NCBI GenBank assembly: GCA_900554335.1
Contig: USGT01000007.1
Coordinates: 15,235-79,234, forward strand
Source: an uncultured Oscillospiraceae bacterium
GTDB lineage: Bacteria; Bacillota; Clostridia; Oscillospirales; Acutalibacteraceae
DNA: 64,000 bases
Direction: 5' to 3'
The notes under the pieces were generated by a model. That model had not been told where the DNA came from and searched no databases. It worked only from the letters and a program-made list of their open reading frames with translations. Of this stretch, positions 1 through 8,925 are shown piece after piece. A program made the position numbers and the translations under genes. The stretch's first letter is position 1, and each line of letters opens with the position of its first letter.

Positions 1-74
1 TTACCGGAAGACCGCAAAAATTTTTAGCGCTTCATTTTGCTAATTCAATATGGAAAAACAACACAGCTGAAGTT

Positions 75-479
75 ATGAAACATTCAAAAACCAGCGATGA
101 AGCTTTTGAAGACGTCATGAAATTCGCAAAAGAAATAAAAATGATTCCCCTTCCACTTAAAAAAGAAAAATCAGGATATTTGCTAAATTCAATGCTAATT
201 CCGCTTTTGTTTTCTGGGCTTGATTTGCTTGTTAACGGAATTTCAGACCACGAAAGTATTGACAAAGCTTGGGTTTTGGGAACGGGTTCACCGAAAGGGC
301 CTTTTCAAATTCTTGACACAGTCGGGCTTAAAACTGCTTATGAAATAGTTAATATGTATGTTAAGATTCCTTCATTTTTGGCACCTTACAACTTTAAGGG
401 TATGGCTAAACTTCTTAAAAAATATATTGACGAAGGCAAGCTTGGCAAATCAAGCGGCGAAGGATTTTATAAATATTAA
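75..479 (+). CDS. 3-hydroxyacyl-CoA dehydrogenase C-terminal domain-only fragment (likely hbd remnant)
   Basis: The 134-aa ORF matches only the 3HCDH C-terminal dimerisation domain (e.g. GTGSPKGPFQILDTVGL). An in-frame TAA at 42-44 excludes an upstream NAD-binding domain. Confidence 0.5.
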   Translation: MKHSKTSDEAFEDVMKFAKEIKMIPLPLKKEKSGYLLNSMLIPLLFSGLDLLVNGISDHESIDKAWVLGTGSPKGPFQILDTVGLKTAYEIVNMYVKIPSFLAPYNFKGMAKLLKKYIDEGKLGKSSGEGFYKY

Positions 480-735
480 ATTAAACACAAACCATCTGAA
501 TTTAATTTCAGGTGGTTTATTTTTTTCAATTTTATTGTGTTAGAAAATATTTTTCTAGCATTTTTTATTTTTTTAAATCATGTAAATTTAATTTTTATTA
601 ATTGTAAAAAATTTACAAAATTATAAGTAGATTACTGTTAAAGATAATGTTATATATGTATTTAAATTTTATTGAAAAAATGATATAATTAGTATTAACA
701 TAAATTTTAATAATTTAATTTAAAAAGGTGATTTA

Positions 736-1476
736 ATGAAAAAAATTAAAAAAACTATTTCGTTATTTTTAACGTTATTGTTAGTGTTTTTTAACCAACC
801 TGTTTTCGCCGGAGGAAAAGACGGAGTCGAAATTTTAAAAGATGGAACCAAACTGACATGGATTCCAACTGAGAAAATTGAGCAAAAAGCTGAAGAATAC
901 ACCAAAGAATTGGAAGAAATTAAAAAGAAGGAAATTTCTTCTTCGGCAAGGTTTTTGATAGGTTTTGCGGCAACGGCAGCAGGAGTTGCATCAATAGTAG
1001 GGCTTCAATGTGCGAAAAATAAAACGAGCAATCCAGTGCTTTCGTATTTATGTCTTGGAGCTCAAGTTTTGTCTGCTGCCGGAATATTAGCCTCTTACAT
1101 TTGCCCTAAAGTTCATAACCACAATGTTTTTCATGAAATAAAAGGAAATTATGAAAGCACAACGTATAGTCCATCATGCTGCTTGCTTGATTATATGTTA
1201 AATGGCATTAAGCATAGGGATTTATGTGAAACGAATGGAGGTGCAAAAGAAAAAAGTGAGCGTTTAAATGGAATTATTGATTACTATAAATTAATTAATG
1301 GCGATTACAAAAAAGCTTATAAAAATGGAATTGTAGTCGTTGAAAGGCCTAAGGGTTTTAAAACAACACTATTTCATCATGCTTATGGATCAGGTATTTA
1401 TTCTCAGGAAAAATGGGAACGCAACAGTGATTACTACTATAATGTTTTATTAAAACAGAAAAAAGGAGTTAAATAA
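736..1476 (+). CDS. secreted hypothetical protein (signal peptide ...VFA|GGKDGVE, internal hydrophobic segment)
   Basis: GGTGA RBS precedes the ATG. N-terminal signal peptide with AXA-type cleavage site. Its stop lies 2 nt before the next gene's start (translational coupling). N-terminus is paralogous to the next ORF. Confidence 0.6.
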   Translation: MKKIKKTISLFLTLLLVFFNQPVFAGGKDGVEILKDGTKLTWIPTEKIEQKAEEYTKELEEIKKKEISSSARFLIGFAATAAGVASIVGLQCAKNKTSNPVLSYLCLGAQVLSAAGILASYICPKVHNHNVFHEIKGNYESTTYSPSCCLLDYMLNGIKHRDLCETNGGAKEKSERLNGIIDYYKLINGDYKKAYKNGIVVVERPKGFKTTLFHHAYGSGIYSQEKWERNSDYYYNVLLKQKKGVK

Positions 1477-1478
1477 CA

Positions 1479-2744
1479 ATGAAAGTATTAAAAAAATTAA
1501 CATCAGCATTTCTTGCTACAACCCTAATTTTATCTTCTGTTTCAAGCAGCATTTTTGCCGGAGGAGATGGTGTGGAATCTTATAATCCACTTGGCTATGA
1601 TGTTGTAAATTCTTATGTTAAAAAAGAAATAAATCGAATTCAGATGGGAATGACTTCTGAAGACAAATCTTGTATTTATGTAGAGAATATTAAATTACCG
1701 GGTAAGGACAGACGCACCGCTAATGTTTTTCTTATGGGAGCTGTTTTTGGTGCCGATGACCCTGACCAAAATTGTGTTATTCAAAAGTATTTGAAAATTT
1801 TCAAAGAAACTCAAGAAGAAGTTAAACAATCAATAGAAAAAAGTAAAAAATTTAATAAAAAGGCTGCAGAGGCAGCAATAAATGCCGGAGCTAATGTTGC
1901 GAAAAATTTATTACAAAAATATGGAATTAAAAATTTATTAAAAATTTTTCCTAATGGTAAAAATATAAAGATGACTGCAGAAGAATTTAGTGAAATTATT
2001 GCCGCATATATAACTGGTGAGGAATTTTTAAAAGTTTGCAGTGCAGCTGAGGTTATAAGTGTATTTATGGTGATTGGCGGCGCAGCAGGAATTGTAGGAA
2101 CATGTATATCAAGAGGTGGAATAATTGCCGGAGTAGTTACGATTACCAAGGCCGTTCCTACTGTTGTTGCGGTTGTAACGGGTGGTGCTCTAACCGCAAC
2201 AGGTGCAAGTGCAGGAGCTGGAGCAGGGGCTTTGGTCGCAGCAACAGGAACAGCAGCTGCAGCAGCTGAAGGAGGAGCAGCAGCGGCGGGAAGTGCTTTA
2301 GTAGCAGGAGGGGCATTAGCCGCAGCATCGCCTTTGATTGTGCCGGCTTTGGCAATAGGTTCGGTTGTTTTAGTTGCCGGTGGAGCAGCTTTAGGTGGGG
2401 GCGCATATGTAGCTTCATCGCTTGCTTATTCAAAAAAATTAAAAAGTGAAAAATACGAAAATATTTGCGGAGTTATTTCAGGTTTAATAAACATTTTTCA
2501 AGCTAACTATGGTTGTGGTATACTTAAAAATAATTGCCTTGTTATTGCTTTAGACTTAAGAGATCAAAGTGGCTGGAATGTTTTTACTCGTGGAAGAAAA
2601 AATCAAGGTCATTTTGTTGGAACTTATATGTTAAAAGGTATTGCTAATGCGCCTACAGGCGAAGAATATATAAAGCAAAATGGAATTGATTATAAAGCAC
2701 TTTGTGAGAATTATTCTAAATACATAAAAGATAAGACTGCATAG
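1479..2744 (+). CDS. secreted hypothetical protein with ~110-aa Ala/Gly-rich glycine-zipper-like hydrophobic region
   Basis: AGGAG RBS. Signal peptide ...SIFA|GGDGVE resembles the upstream ORF. A GC-rich low-complexity stretch (2100-2410) encodes a long G/A run such as AGAGAGALVAATGTAAAAAEGGAAAAG. Confidence 0.6.
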   Translation: MKVLKKLTSAFLATTLILSSVSSSIFAGGDGVESYNPLGYDVVNSYVKKEINRIQMGMTSEDKSCIYVENIKLPGKDRRTANVFLMGAVFGADDPDQNCVIQKYLKIFKETQEEVKQSIEKSKKFNKKAAEAAINAGANVAKNLLQKYGIKNLLKIFPNGKNIKMTAEEFSEIIAAYITGEEFLKVCSAAEVISVFMVIGGAAGIVGTCISRGGIIAGVVTITKAVPTVVAVVTGGALTATGASAGAGAGALVAATGTAAAAAEGGAAAAGSALVAGGALAAASPLIVPALAIGSVVLVAGGAALGGGAYVASSLAYSKKLKSEKYENICGVISGLINIFQANYGCGILKNNCLVIALDLRDQSGWNVFTRGRKNQGHFVGTYMLKGIANAPTGEEYIKQNGIDYKALCENYSKYIKDKTA

Positions 2745-2794
2745 AAACAAAAAAATTGATTTATTCTCTGAAATTTTATGAAGTATAAATATAT

Positions 2795-2890
2795 TATGGA
2801 AATGAAGTTCTCCCGAGGAATTTTTCCTAAACTGCATTTGCTGATGACTTCTACGATGTGAGTAGGATCATTGGCATTTTATTTTTTTGA
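2795..2890 (+). promoter_or_regulatory. fluoride riboswitch (crcB motif) with terminator-type expression platform
   Basis: GGAAAUGAAGUUCUCC ... UAAACUGC ... GCUGAUGACUUCUAC matches the conserved crcB-motif cores (GGnGAUGnnGUUCnCC / AAAC.GC / CUGAUGAnUCCUAC). A hairpin and U-run follow, directly upstream of crcB. Confidence 0.7.
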
Positions 2891-2901
2891 GGTGATAATT
2901 T

Positions 2902-3231
2902 ATGGTTGATTTTTTGATAGTTGGTTTTGGCGGGTTATAGGCTCGGTGGTAAGATATTTATTCGGTCAAATTCTGATTTTTGCCAGCATAAAATTTCCTA
3001 TTTCTACGCTGCTTATTAATTTTATTGGGTGTTTGCTCATAGGAATAATAAATTCTTTGGCGATTGATTTTAAATTTAAGAGGTTTTACTACGTTTTCTA
3101 CTTTTTCGCTTGAAATAATTAACATGATTGAAACTGGAAAGACATTCTCAGCAATTGTTTACTGCCTGGTAAGTGTTTTGCTTAGTTTGGCCGGGGTGAT
3201 TTTGGGATCTAAAATAATGTTAAATTCTTAA
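2902..3231 (+). pseudogene. crcB: fluoride channel CrcB/Fluc, disrupted by two single-nt frameshifts
   Basis: Three frames together spell a complete CrcB (MVDFLIVGFGGL / GSVVRYLFGQ...FPISTLLINFIGCLLIGII / GFTTFSTFSLE...LAGVILGSKIML). Shifts lie near 2937 (TTATAGG) and 3080 (AAGAGGTTTT). No ORF of 60 aa or more is in the track here. Confidence 0.6.
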
Positions 3232-3333
3232 GTTTTTATTTTGATTTCGGTATTTATTTAATAAAAATAGATTAAAAATTTATTGACTAATTTTCATAAA
3301 AATATTATAATTAAAATAAAGGAGATGTTAAAA

Positions 3334-4473
3334 ATGAAAAGCCTGAAAAAAGTAACTGCATCCATTCTTTCGGTGTTAATTTCTTTTTCCGCTGTTAGTG
3401 AAGCGGCTGAAACTACCGTTGATTCTAACCCAAATTTTTGCTACAAAATAGTTGGCGAAAAAAATGCCGTTTTAACTGAATTTAAATCTTCTAAGCTAAA
3501 AAATCTTTCGGATCCTGAAGGTTACAATATTATTGAAATAGCAGATGATGCAAGCAAAACTGAAGTTTATAATCGCAGCGATGTTATTAATTTTTGGGCG
3601 ACGGTTGTTTTAACAGCCCCTACCATAGTTGTGCCGGCATTTATGTTTGATAATCCTGAAAATCCTCCAAAAGTTGGAAAATTTAAACGAAATAATGTTA
3701 TCTCTGGAATAACTTCTGTAAATTTGCCTCACTGCAAAAGAGTTGGGAAAAGGGCTTTTTCATGTTGCAATAAACTTGAAACTGTCAACCTGCCTGAATG
3801 CACTACCTTGGAAAGAGACAGTTTGATGGGCTGCATTATGGTTAATAAACTTAACGTTCCCAAATGCTTGACTTTGAGTAGTCCTTTTGGAATTTACGGC
3901 AATCATTCTGCAAAAGGAAGCTTGAAAGAGCTAAATGCTGAGCAATGCACGAAAATTGAAAAGGGAAGTTTCAAAGGTTTTATGAAGCTTGAAATTGCGA
4001 ATATCCCAAATGTTACTTATGTCGGAAGTGAATGCTTTGACTATTGCAAATCGCTAAAAGAGCTTGATTTAAACAAATGCAAAATTATTCCCGAAAGATG
4101 TTTCCAAAGATGCTTTGGTTTGAGAACAATTTTGTTGAATTCTTGCACTGAAATTAAGAAAAACGCTTTTAAAAAATGCGAATCACTGCAGAATATGAAC
4201 TTGCCTAATTGCGCCAAAATAGGGCCAGACGCTTTCGAAGGTTGCAAAAATCTGTGTAAATTAAGCGCACCGAAATTAACAAGTATTTCAAAAAACGCTT
4301 TTACCAGTTTGAGCGAAGTTTACATTCCGGCGTGCAAATATGTTGGTGAAGGAACATTTAACAATTGCAGGAATTTAAAGAAAATAACTGTTTCGCGCGA
4401 TTGCAAATTCGAAGGAAGTTCTTTGCCATATGATAAAGTTTTAAATAATGAATTAGAAATTGTTAGAGTATAA
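3334..4473 (+). CDS. BspA-type Cys-rich leucine-rich-repeat surface protein (signal peptide)
   Basis: Consensus promoter TTGACT-16-TATAAT lies upstream and a GGAG RBS precedes the start. Signal peptide followed by ~23-aa repeats of the form LP.C..IG..AF..C..L. Tandem paralog of the next gene. Confidence 0.7.
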   Translation: MKSLKKVTASILSVLISFSAVSEAAETTVDSNPNFCYKIVGEKNAVLTEFKSSKLKNLSDPEGYNIIEIADDASKTEVYNRSDVINFWATVVLTAPTIVVPAFMFDNPENPPKVGKFKRNNVISGITSVNLPHCKRVGKRAFSCCNKLETVNLPECTTLERDSLMGCIMVNKLNVPKCLTLSSPFGIYGNHSAKGSLKELNAEQCTKIEKGSFKGFMKLEIANIPNVTYVGSECFDYCKSLKELDLNKCKIIPERCFQRCFGLRTILLNSCTEIKKNAFKKCESLQNMNLPNCAKIGPDAFEGCKNLCKLSAPKLTSISKNAFTSLSEVYIPACKYVGEGTFNNCRNLKKITVSRDCKFEGSSLPYDKVLNNELEIVRV

Positions 4474-4508
4474 AATTTGGATGAATATATAAATGGAGAA
4501 TACTAAAA

Positions 4509-5660
4509 ATGAGAAGTTTTAAAAAAATAACAGCTGCTGTTCTTTCGGGGCTGATTTCTTTTTCTGCTGTGAGTGCTTTGCCTGAAACTACCGTTGATTC
4601 AAACCCGAATTTTTCTTACAAAATATTAGAGGGAAAAGATATCATTTTAACTGAGATAAAACCTTCTAAACTCGAAACACTTTCAGGCCCGGTTGAAGGG
4701 TATTATAATGTTGTTGAAGTGGCTAATGATGCCAGCAAAGCCAAAATTGTAAAAAATAATTACACTATTTTGGACGCTATTGAATTTTGGGGCATAGTTA
4801 TTGGTTTGGGTTTTACTGTTATAGTCCCAGTGTGCATGCTTAGCAACCCCAATATAAGGCCGGAAATTGGTAAGTTTAAAAATTTTAAATATATTTATTC
4901 AAAAATAACTTCTGTGGATTTGCCGCATTGCAAAAAAGTGGGCAAGAATGCTTTTCTTAGCTGCCAAAATCTAAAAACTGTGAGTTTGCCCAAATGCACT
5001 ATTTTGGAAAAATGCAGTTTAATGAGCTGCCATAATGTTACTAAACTTAATGTTCCTGAGTGTTTGGTTTTGGATAACCCCTTTGGAATTGACACCAGTT
5101 ACTCCATACGCTATGATGCCGGCAAAAAACTTAAAGAGTTAAATGCTCAAAAATGCACCAGGATTGAAGACAGGTGTTTTGGCGGGTTTATGAATTTAGA
5201 AAAATTAAATCTCCCGAATTTAGTTTCTGTTGGGTGCGAAAGTTTTGCGCTTTGCCGTTCTTTGAAAAATGTTTCTTTGAATTCTTGCGCTGAGATTAAA
5301 GAATGTGCTTTCAGGAAGTGCACATCTTTGAAAAATATAGATTTACCTAATTGCAAAAAAATTGGCTGGGGTGCTTTTGAAGGTTGCTGTAAGTTAACTA
5401 AATTTAATGCACCGAATGTAAAGGAAATTGGCGCGAATGCCTTTGGAGCCTTTAGAAATGATCGCGATCAAACGGTGTGGTTTAAGCGCAATAATTTAGA
5501 AGAGGTGTATGTTCCAAGCTGCAGTTATATTGGTGAAAATGCTTTTAGCGATTGCAAAAAACTAAAAAAGATAACAGTTTCGCATAATTGCAAATTTGCA
5601 AAAAATTCCTTGCCATTTGAAAGGGTTTCAAGCAATAAATTAGAAATCATAAGGGTTTAA
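4509..5660 (+). CDS. BspA-type Cys-rich leucine-rich-repeat surface protein (paralog)
   Basis: Same architecture and similar N-terminus (…SFSAVSA.PETTVDSNPNF.YKI…) as the upstream gene. A terminator hairpin follows. Confidence 0.7.
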   Translation: MRSFKKITAAVLSGLISFSAVSALPETTVDSNPNFSYKILEGKDIILTEIKPSKLETLSGPVEGYYNVVEVANDASKAKIVKNNYTILDAIEFWGIVIGLGFTVIVPVCMLSNPNIRPEIGKFKNFKYIYSKITSVDLPHCKKVGKNAFLSCQNLKTVSLPKCTILEKCSLMSCHNVTKLNVPECLVLDNPFGIDTSYSIRYDAGKKLKELNAQKCTRIEDRCFGGFMNLEKLNLPNLVSVGCESFALCRSLKNVSLNSCAEIKECAFRKCTSLKNIDLPNCKKIGWGAFEGCCKLTKFNAPNVKEIGANAFGAFRNDRDQTVWFKRNNLEEVYVPSCSYIGENAFSDCKKLKKITVSHNCKFAKNSLPFERVSSNKLEIIRV

Positions 5661-5682
5661 AATTTAATATAAGCTAAGTTGC

Positions 5683-5712
5683 CTCAGGGAGCACCCTGGG
5701 GTGATTTTTTAT
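5683..5712 (+). terminator. rho-independent terminator after LRR gene pair
   Basis: Hairpin CCTCAGGGagcaCCCTGGGG followed by a T-run. Confidence 0.6.
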
Positions 5713-5784
5713 TTTTGAGTTGTATTGAAGAAAACTGGATAAAGTCATATAATAAGTGTATTTTATTTGAAAAGTTGGAATTAG

Positions 5785-5880
5785 ATGAATAAAAATGTGC
5801 TTATTTTATCAGGCAGCCTTCGCAAAAAAGGCAATTCGGATTTGCTTTGCGATTTTCCTTGCAAATGCTTTTCTTTTTAG
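5785..5880 (+). pseudogene. NADPH-dependent FMN reductase / flavoprotein N-terminal fragment (31 aa)
   Basis: The fragment MNKNVLILSGSLRKKGNSDLLCDF is the canonical N-terminus of the flavodoxin-like FMN reductase family, then a stop. No continuation in any frame. Confidence 0.5.
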
Positions 5881-6509
5881 TTTTAACATTATTTTCTGCA
5901 GCATAGCTCGAAGTTTCACCTTTGTGCTTATGCATTTCAGTGTGCCCGAGAAGCCCATATTTATGAGAAATCGGGTTTTCAAAAATAAAGTTTTTTGGCG
6001 GATTAAAAATAAAAAAGCTCCGCAAACATCAATATGCATCCAAGGTAGTTACATATTGGGGGGCAGCGGGCCAAAATTAATTAAAAAATTAAAAAACGCC
6101 ACTGAGCAGATTACTGTGAAGTAAAAACAGGTTATATCTACCCATAAAATTGCTTTTTTGGTAAATTTTGTGTAAGAATAAAATATAGAAGGGATTAACG
6201 CAATTATGGCTAATAAACTTAGCAATTTAGCGACGAAATAATTAGGGTTTGCGCCGTAAATATAACCATCGTATAATCACTACAAAATCGCTGGCATAAG
6301 GCAAATTTTAATGTGTTCCCATGTACTTTCATTAACCGCTGCGAAAATGGCTACGACCTTATTGCACCCGCTTAATTCATACAAAAAATGCAGCAAAGCG
6401 CCTAACGCTGCAATTACAAGCATTTCGATATAAATCATTTAAATTCTTTTTTCACAATGCAAAAAATATCCTCACAGACTTAAAACTGTGAGGGTTTTAT
6501 AATATATTT

Positions 6510-7418
6510 TTAGTTTTCTATTTCCATTGCAGTGCCTGCGTTAACGAAAGTTCCTAATTGCTCTTCCAAAGCGGAGGTTTCGAGTTTCGTGCAATTGCCG
6601 AAAGGTATTCCAAAATATTTCTTTTGAATCTTTTCAACGTATTTTAGATATTCCGCAATTTGAGTAAAGCCCAACTGCTCGGCCTCGAAAGGTAAATCTA
6701 TATTAATTTTATTAAAATTCTCAGTTATAAACGATGGCCTAGTGCACACTAAGCTAATATCAGGCGCTGACTGCACGATGTTTTTCACTAAATCTAAGTT
6801 TCCTGAAATTACAGCGCACATAAGGTTTAAATTTAATCTCACAGCATATTCAAAATTTGCTGATGTATCCGGCGGATAGGCAGAGGAGTCAGTTGGCACA
6901 CCTATAATATAAAAATTTTTAAGGAAAATAGGTTCTGCAAAGGCCTTAAATTGGTCTGATTTAATTTTTACTAGCCGCTCTTCATCAAAACTAGGAATGG
7001 TTTCAAAATAACTTCCTCTTGATTCCCTTGCTTTTGTTTGTTTGGAGCAAGAATTACTATTTAATAATTTAGTATTGTATTTTTCTCTTATTAGATCTTG
7101 TATTTCACGGTTCGAATATTTTTTAGCTTCCTTAACGCTGAAAAATTTAATGCTTTCGTTAGGGTCGTTAGTTATAACGGGGAAGGTTTTTAAAATATCA
7201 ATTTTATCTATATTTTCTTTCACTAGATCAATATTGTTAGTAAGTATTCCGCGAATGAGATTATACCATTTTTTGTTCTTTAGTTTGCAATAGCACGCAG
7301 CCACAAAGTTGTTTTTCGGATAGCTTTCTTCTAAACCTACTATTTTAAAATTCCCCCAGGCGACAGGGTCAACTTCCCACATATCATTTACTTTTGCCTC
7401 TTGATAAAAGCTCATCAA
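6510..7418 (-). CDS. hypothetical protein with ankyrin-like repeats
   Basis: The 302-aa ORF has segments resembling ankyrin repeats (…LMCAVISGNLDLVKNIV…, …AACYCKLKNKKWYNLIRGIL…). It lies next to tRNA-Arg in a decayed region. Confidence 0.4.
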   Translation of the reverse strand: MMSFYQEAKVNDMWEVDPVAWGNFKIVGLEESYPKNNFVAACYCKLKNKKWYNLIRGILTNNIDLVKENIDKIDILKTFPVITNDPNESIKFFSVKEAKKYSNREIQDLIREKYNTKLLNSNSCSKQTKARESRGSYFETIPSFDEERLVKIKSDQFKAFAEPIFLKNFYIIGVPTDSSAYPPDTSANFEYAVRLNLNLMCAVISGNLDLVKNIVQSAPDISLVCTRPSFITENFNKINIDLPFEAEQLGFTQIAEYLKYVEKIQKKYFGIPFGNCTKLETSALEEQLGTFVNAGTAMEIEN

Positions 7419-7645
7419 ATCTTCCTTCCTGATTTATAAGTTTAAACTTTACAATTTTTTTTAATAATATTTATATGATATATTAATATTACATCTTAAG
7501 TTTGAAGTTTTGTCAAGTTTTCTTATTCTTATTGCTCCCTAAAAAAACCATTGGAGTAATAAGCTTTTAATTATTTTAGCCTTAAAAAAGAAAAAATTGC
7601 TTGCTAAAAATAACAAACAACTTATTTTATTATGAACTATAATAT

Positions 7646-7722
7646 TGGTCCGCCCGGAGGGATTCGAACCCCCGACCTTCAGAATCGGAATCTGCTGCGA
7701 TATCCAGCTTCGCCACGGGCGG
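7646..7722 (-). tRNA. tRNA-Arg (anticodon CCG)
   Basis: The reverse complement folds as a cloverleaf: acceptor CCGCCCG/CGGGCGG, D-stem GCGA/TCGC, anticodon loop TTCCGAT, T-arm GGGGGTTCGAATCCCTC, discriminator A and an encoded CCA. Confidence 0.85.
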
Positions 7723-8058
7723 ATACATAACTATTTTAATTCAAATTAGTTTGATTTTCAATAGCCAAAATTTTATGCCATGATTTTAAAAAATCATACG
7801 TAGTTTTTTAGAAAAAATAAATTATTTTAGAGCATTTCTCTGTTTTAAAACCTGAAAAAATTGGATATTATAAATTTGAAAACTAGTTTTACTGGAAAAT
7901 ATAACATTTAAACAGTGCAATTTGGCCTGCCTTTTAGAGTTGTGTAATAGTTAAAAATACCTAAATAATTATTCAATAGTAAAATAATATAGATAAATGC
8001 ACAAAATATGTTATAATTGCTTTTGTAAAATATCAAAAAAAGCGACAGGCAGATACTT

Positions 8059-8256
8059 TTGTGCGTTGATGGCGAAGATTGGTACCAGGAAGTTGGCAAA
8101 CCCGGAGACGTCGTAACAGTTCCGGCGGAGGTTAAACATTGGCACGGCGCTAAAAAAGGCAGCTGGTTTAGCCACTTGGAGGTGGAATGCCCTGGGGAAG
8201 ATACTTCAAATGAATGGTGCGAGCCGGTTAGCGATGAAGAATATAATAATTTGTAA
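8059..8256 (+). pseudogene. cupin-domain protein C-terminal fragment
   Basis: The sequence VDGEDWYQEVGKPGDVVTVPAEVKHWHGA...WCEPVSDEEY is cupin motif 2 plus the C-terminus only. TTG start and an in-frame TAA ~30 nt upstream mean no motif-1 half is present. Confidence 0.45.
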
Positions 8257-8271
8257 GTGAGGTATTTCAAA

Positions 8272-8778
8272 ATGGATTTCGAAACAGTTATTAAAACCCG
8301 AACCGCAGTTAGAGAATTTAAAACAGACAAGGTGGAAGACAGCAAAATTGAAAAAATATTAAACGCAGGGAGAATTGCTCCGACGGCTAAAAATTTGCAA
8401 CCGCAGAAAATTTATGTTGTTAAATCAGAAGATGCTTTAAGCAAAATCGATGAAATCACGCCTTGCAGATACGGCGCACCGGTTTGCTTGCTTGTTTGCG
8501 CGGATAAAAATATCGCTTGGGCAAACGAGGGCTGCTCTTCATATGAAACCGACGCAGCTATCGTTGCGACTCATATGCTTTTAGAGGCAGCTAATTTAGG
8601 CCTTGGGAGCGTTTGGGTTAGATATTTTGATATTCCAAAGTTAATTAAAAAATTTAATTTGCCGGAAAATGTGGTCCCGGTGTGCTTGATTCCAATTGGC
8701 TATGCTGCAGAAGGCTACAAAGAAAGCCCGCTTCACAATCAAAGAAAAAAATTAAACGAAACGGTAACGTATATTTAA
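8272..8778 (+). CDS. nitroreductase family protein
   Basis: GTGAGG RBS. Nitroreductase-fold similarity (…TRTAVREFK…RIAPTAKNLQPQKIYVV…). Confidence 0.8.
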   Translation: MDFETVIKTRTAVREFKTDKVEDSKIEKILNAGRIAPTAKNLQPQKIYVVKSEDALSKIDEITPCRYGAPVCLLVCADKNIAWANEGCSSYETDAAIVATHMLLEAANLGLGSVWVRYFDIPKLIKKFNLPENVVPVCLIPIGYAAEGYKESPLHNQRKKLNETVTYI

Positions 8779-8814
8779 AATTCAATTTTATTAAAAAATC
8801 AGGAGGTATAAACC

Positions 8815-8925
8815 ATGAAAAAAGTATTAGTCGCATATTTTTCAGCAAGTGGCACAAAGAAAGAGCTTGCAGAAAATCTTGCCCATATTGCAGAACAAAT
8901 TTTGGATACTCTCCAACAGGGGTAG
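8815..8925 (+). pseudogene. flavodoxin N-terminal fragment (36 aa)
   Basis: A perfect AGGAGG RBS precedes MKKVLVAYFSASGTKKELAENLAHIAEQ, the classic flavodoxin N-terminus. A TAG stop follows after 36 codons and no frame continues the flavodoxin. Confidence 0.5.

Noticed and set aside
2158-2433. 91-aa minus-strand ORF rich in Leu/Gln/Pro
   Set aside because: It is the antisense shadow of the GC-rich Ala/Gly-coding block of ORF 1479-2744 and has no RBS. Spurious.
5795-6124. 109-aa plus-strand ORF
   Set aside because: It is in a different frame from the recognisable FMN-reductase N-terminal relic at 5785-5880. Its sequence has no domain signal and spans relic DNA. I treat it as a non-coding or decayed region.
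7440-7640. Possible att direct repeat of the tRNA-Arg 3' end marking an island boundary
   Set aside because: Scanning by eye found no convincing copy of the tRNA 3' segment (ggattcgaac…) left of the tRNA. Only a weak gggattaacg at ~6200. This needs a computed repeat search.
7908-8345. 145-aa minus-strand ORF overlapping the cupin fragment and AT-rich spacer
   Set aside because: Low-complexity, with no RBS, and it overlaps a recognisable plus-strand cupin fragment. Likely spurious.
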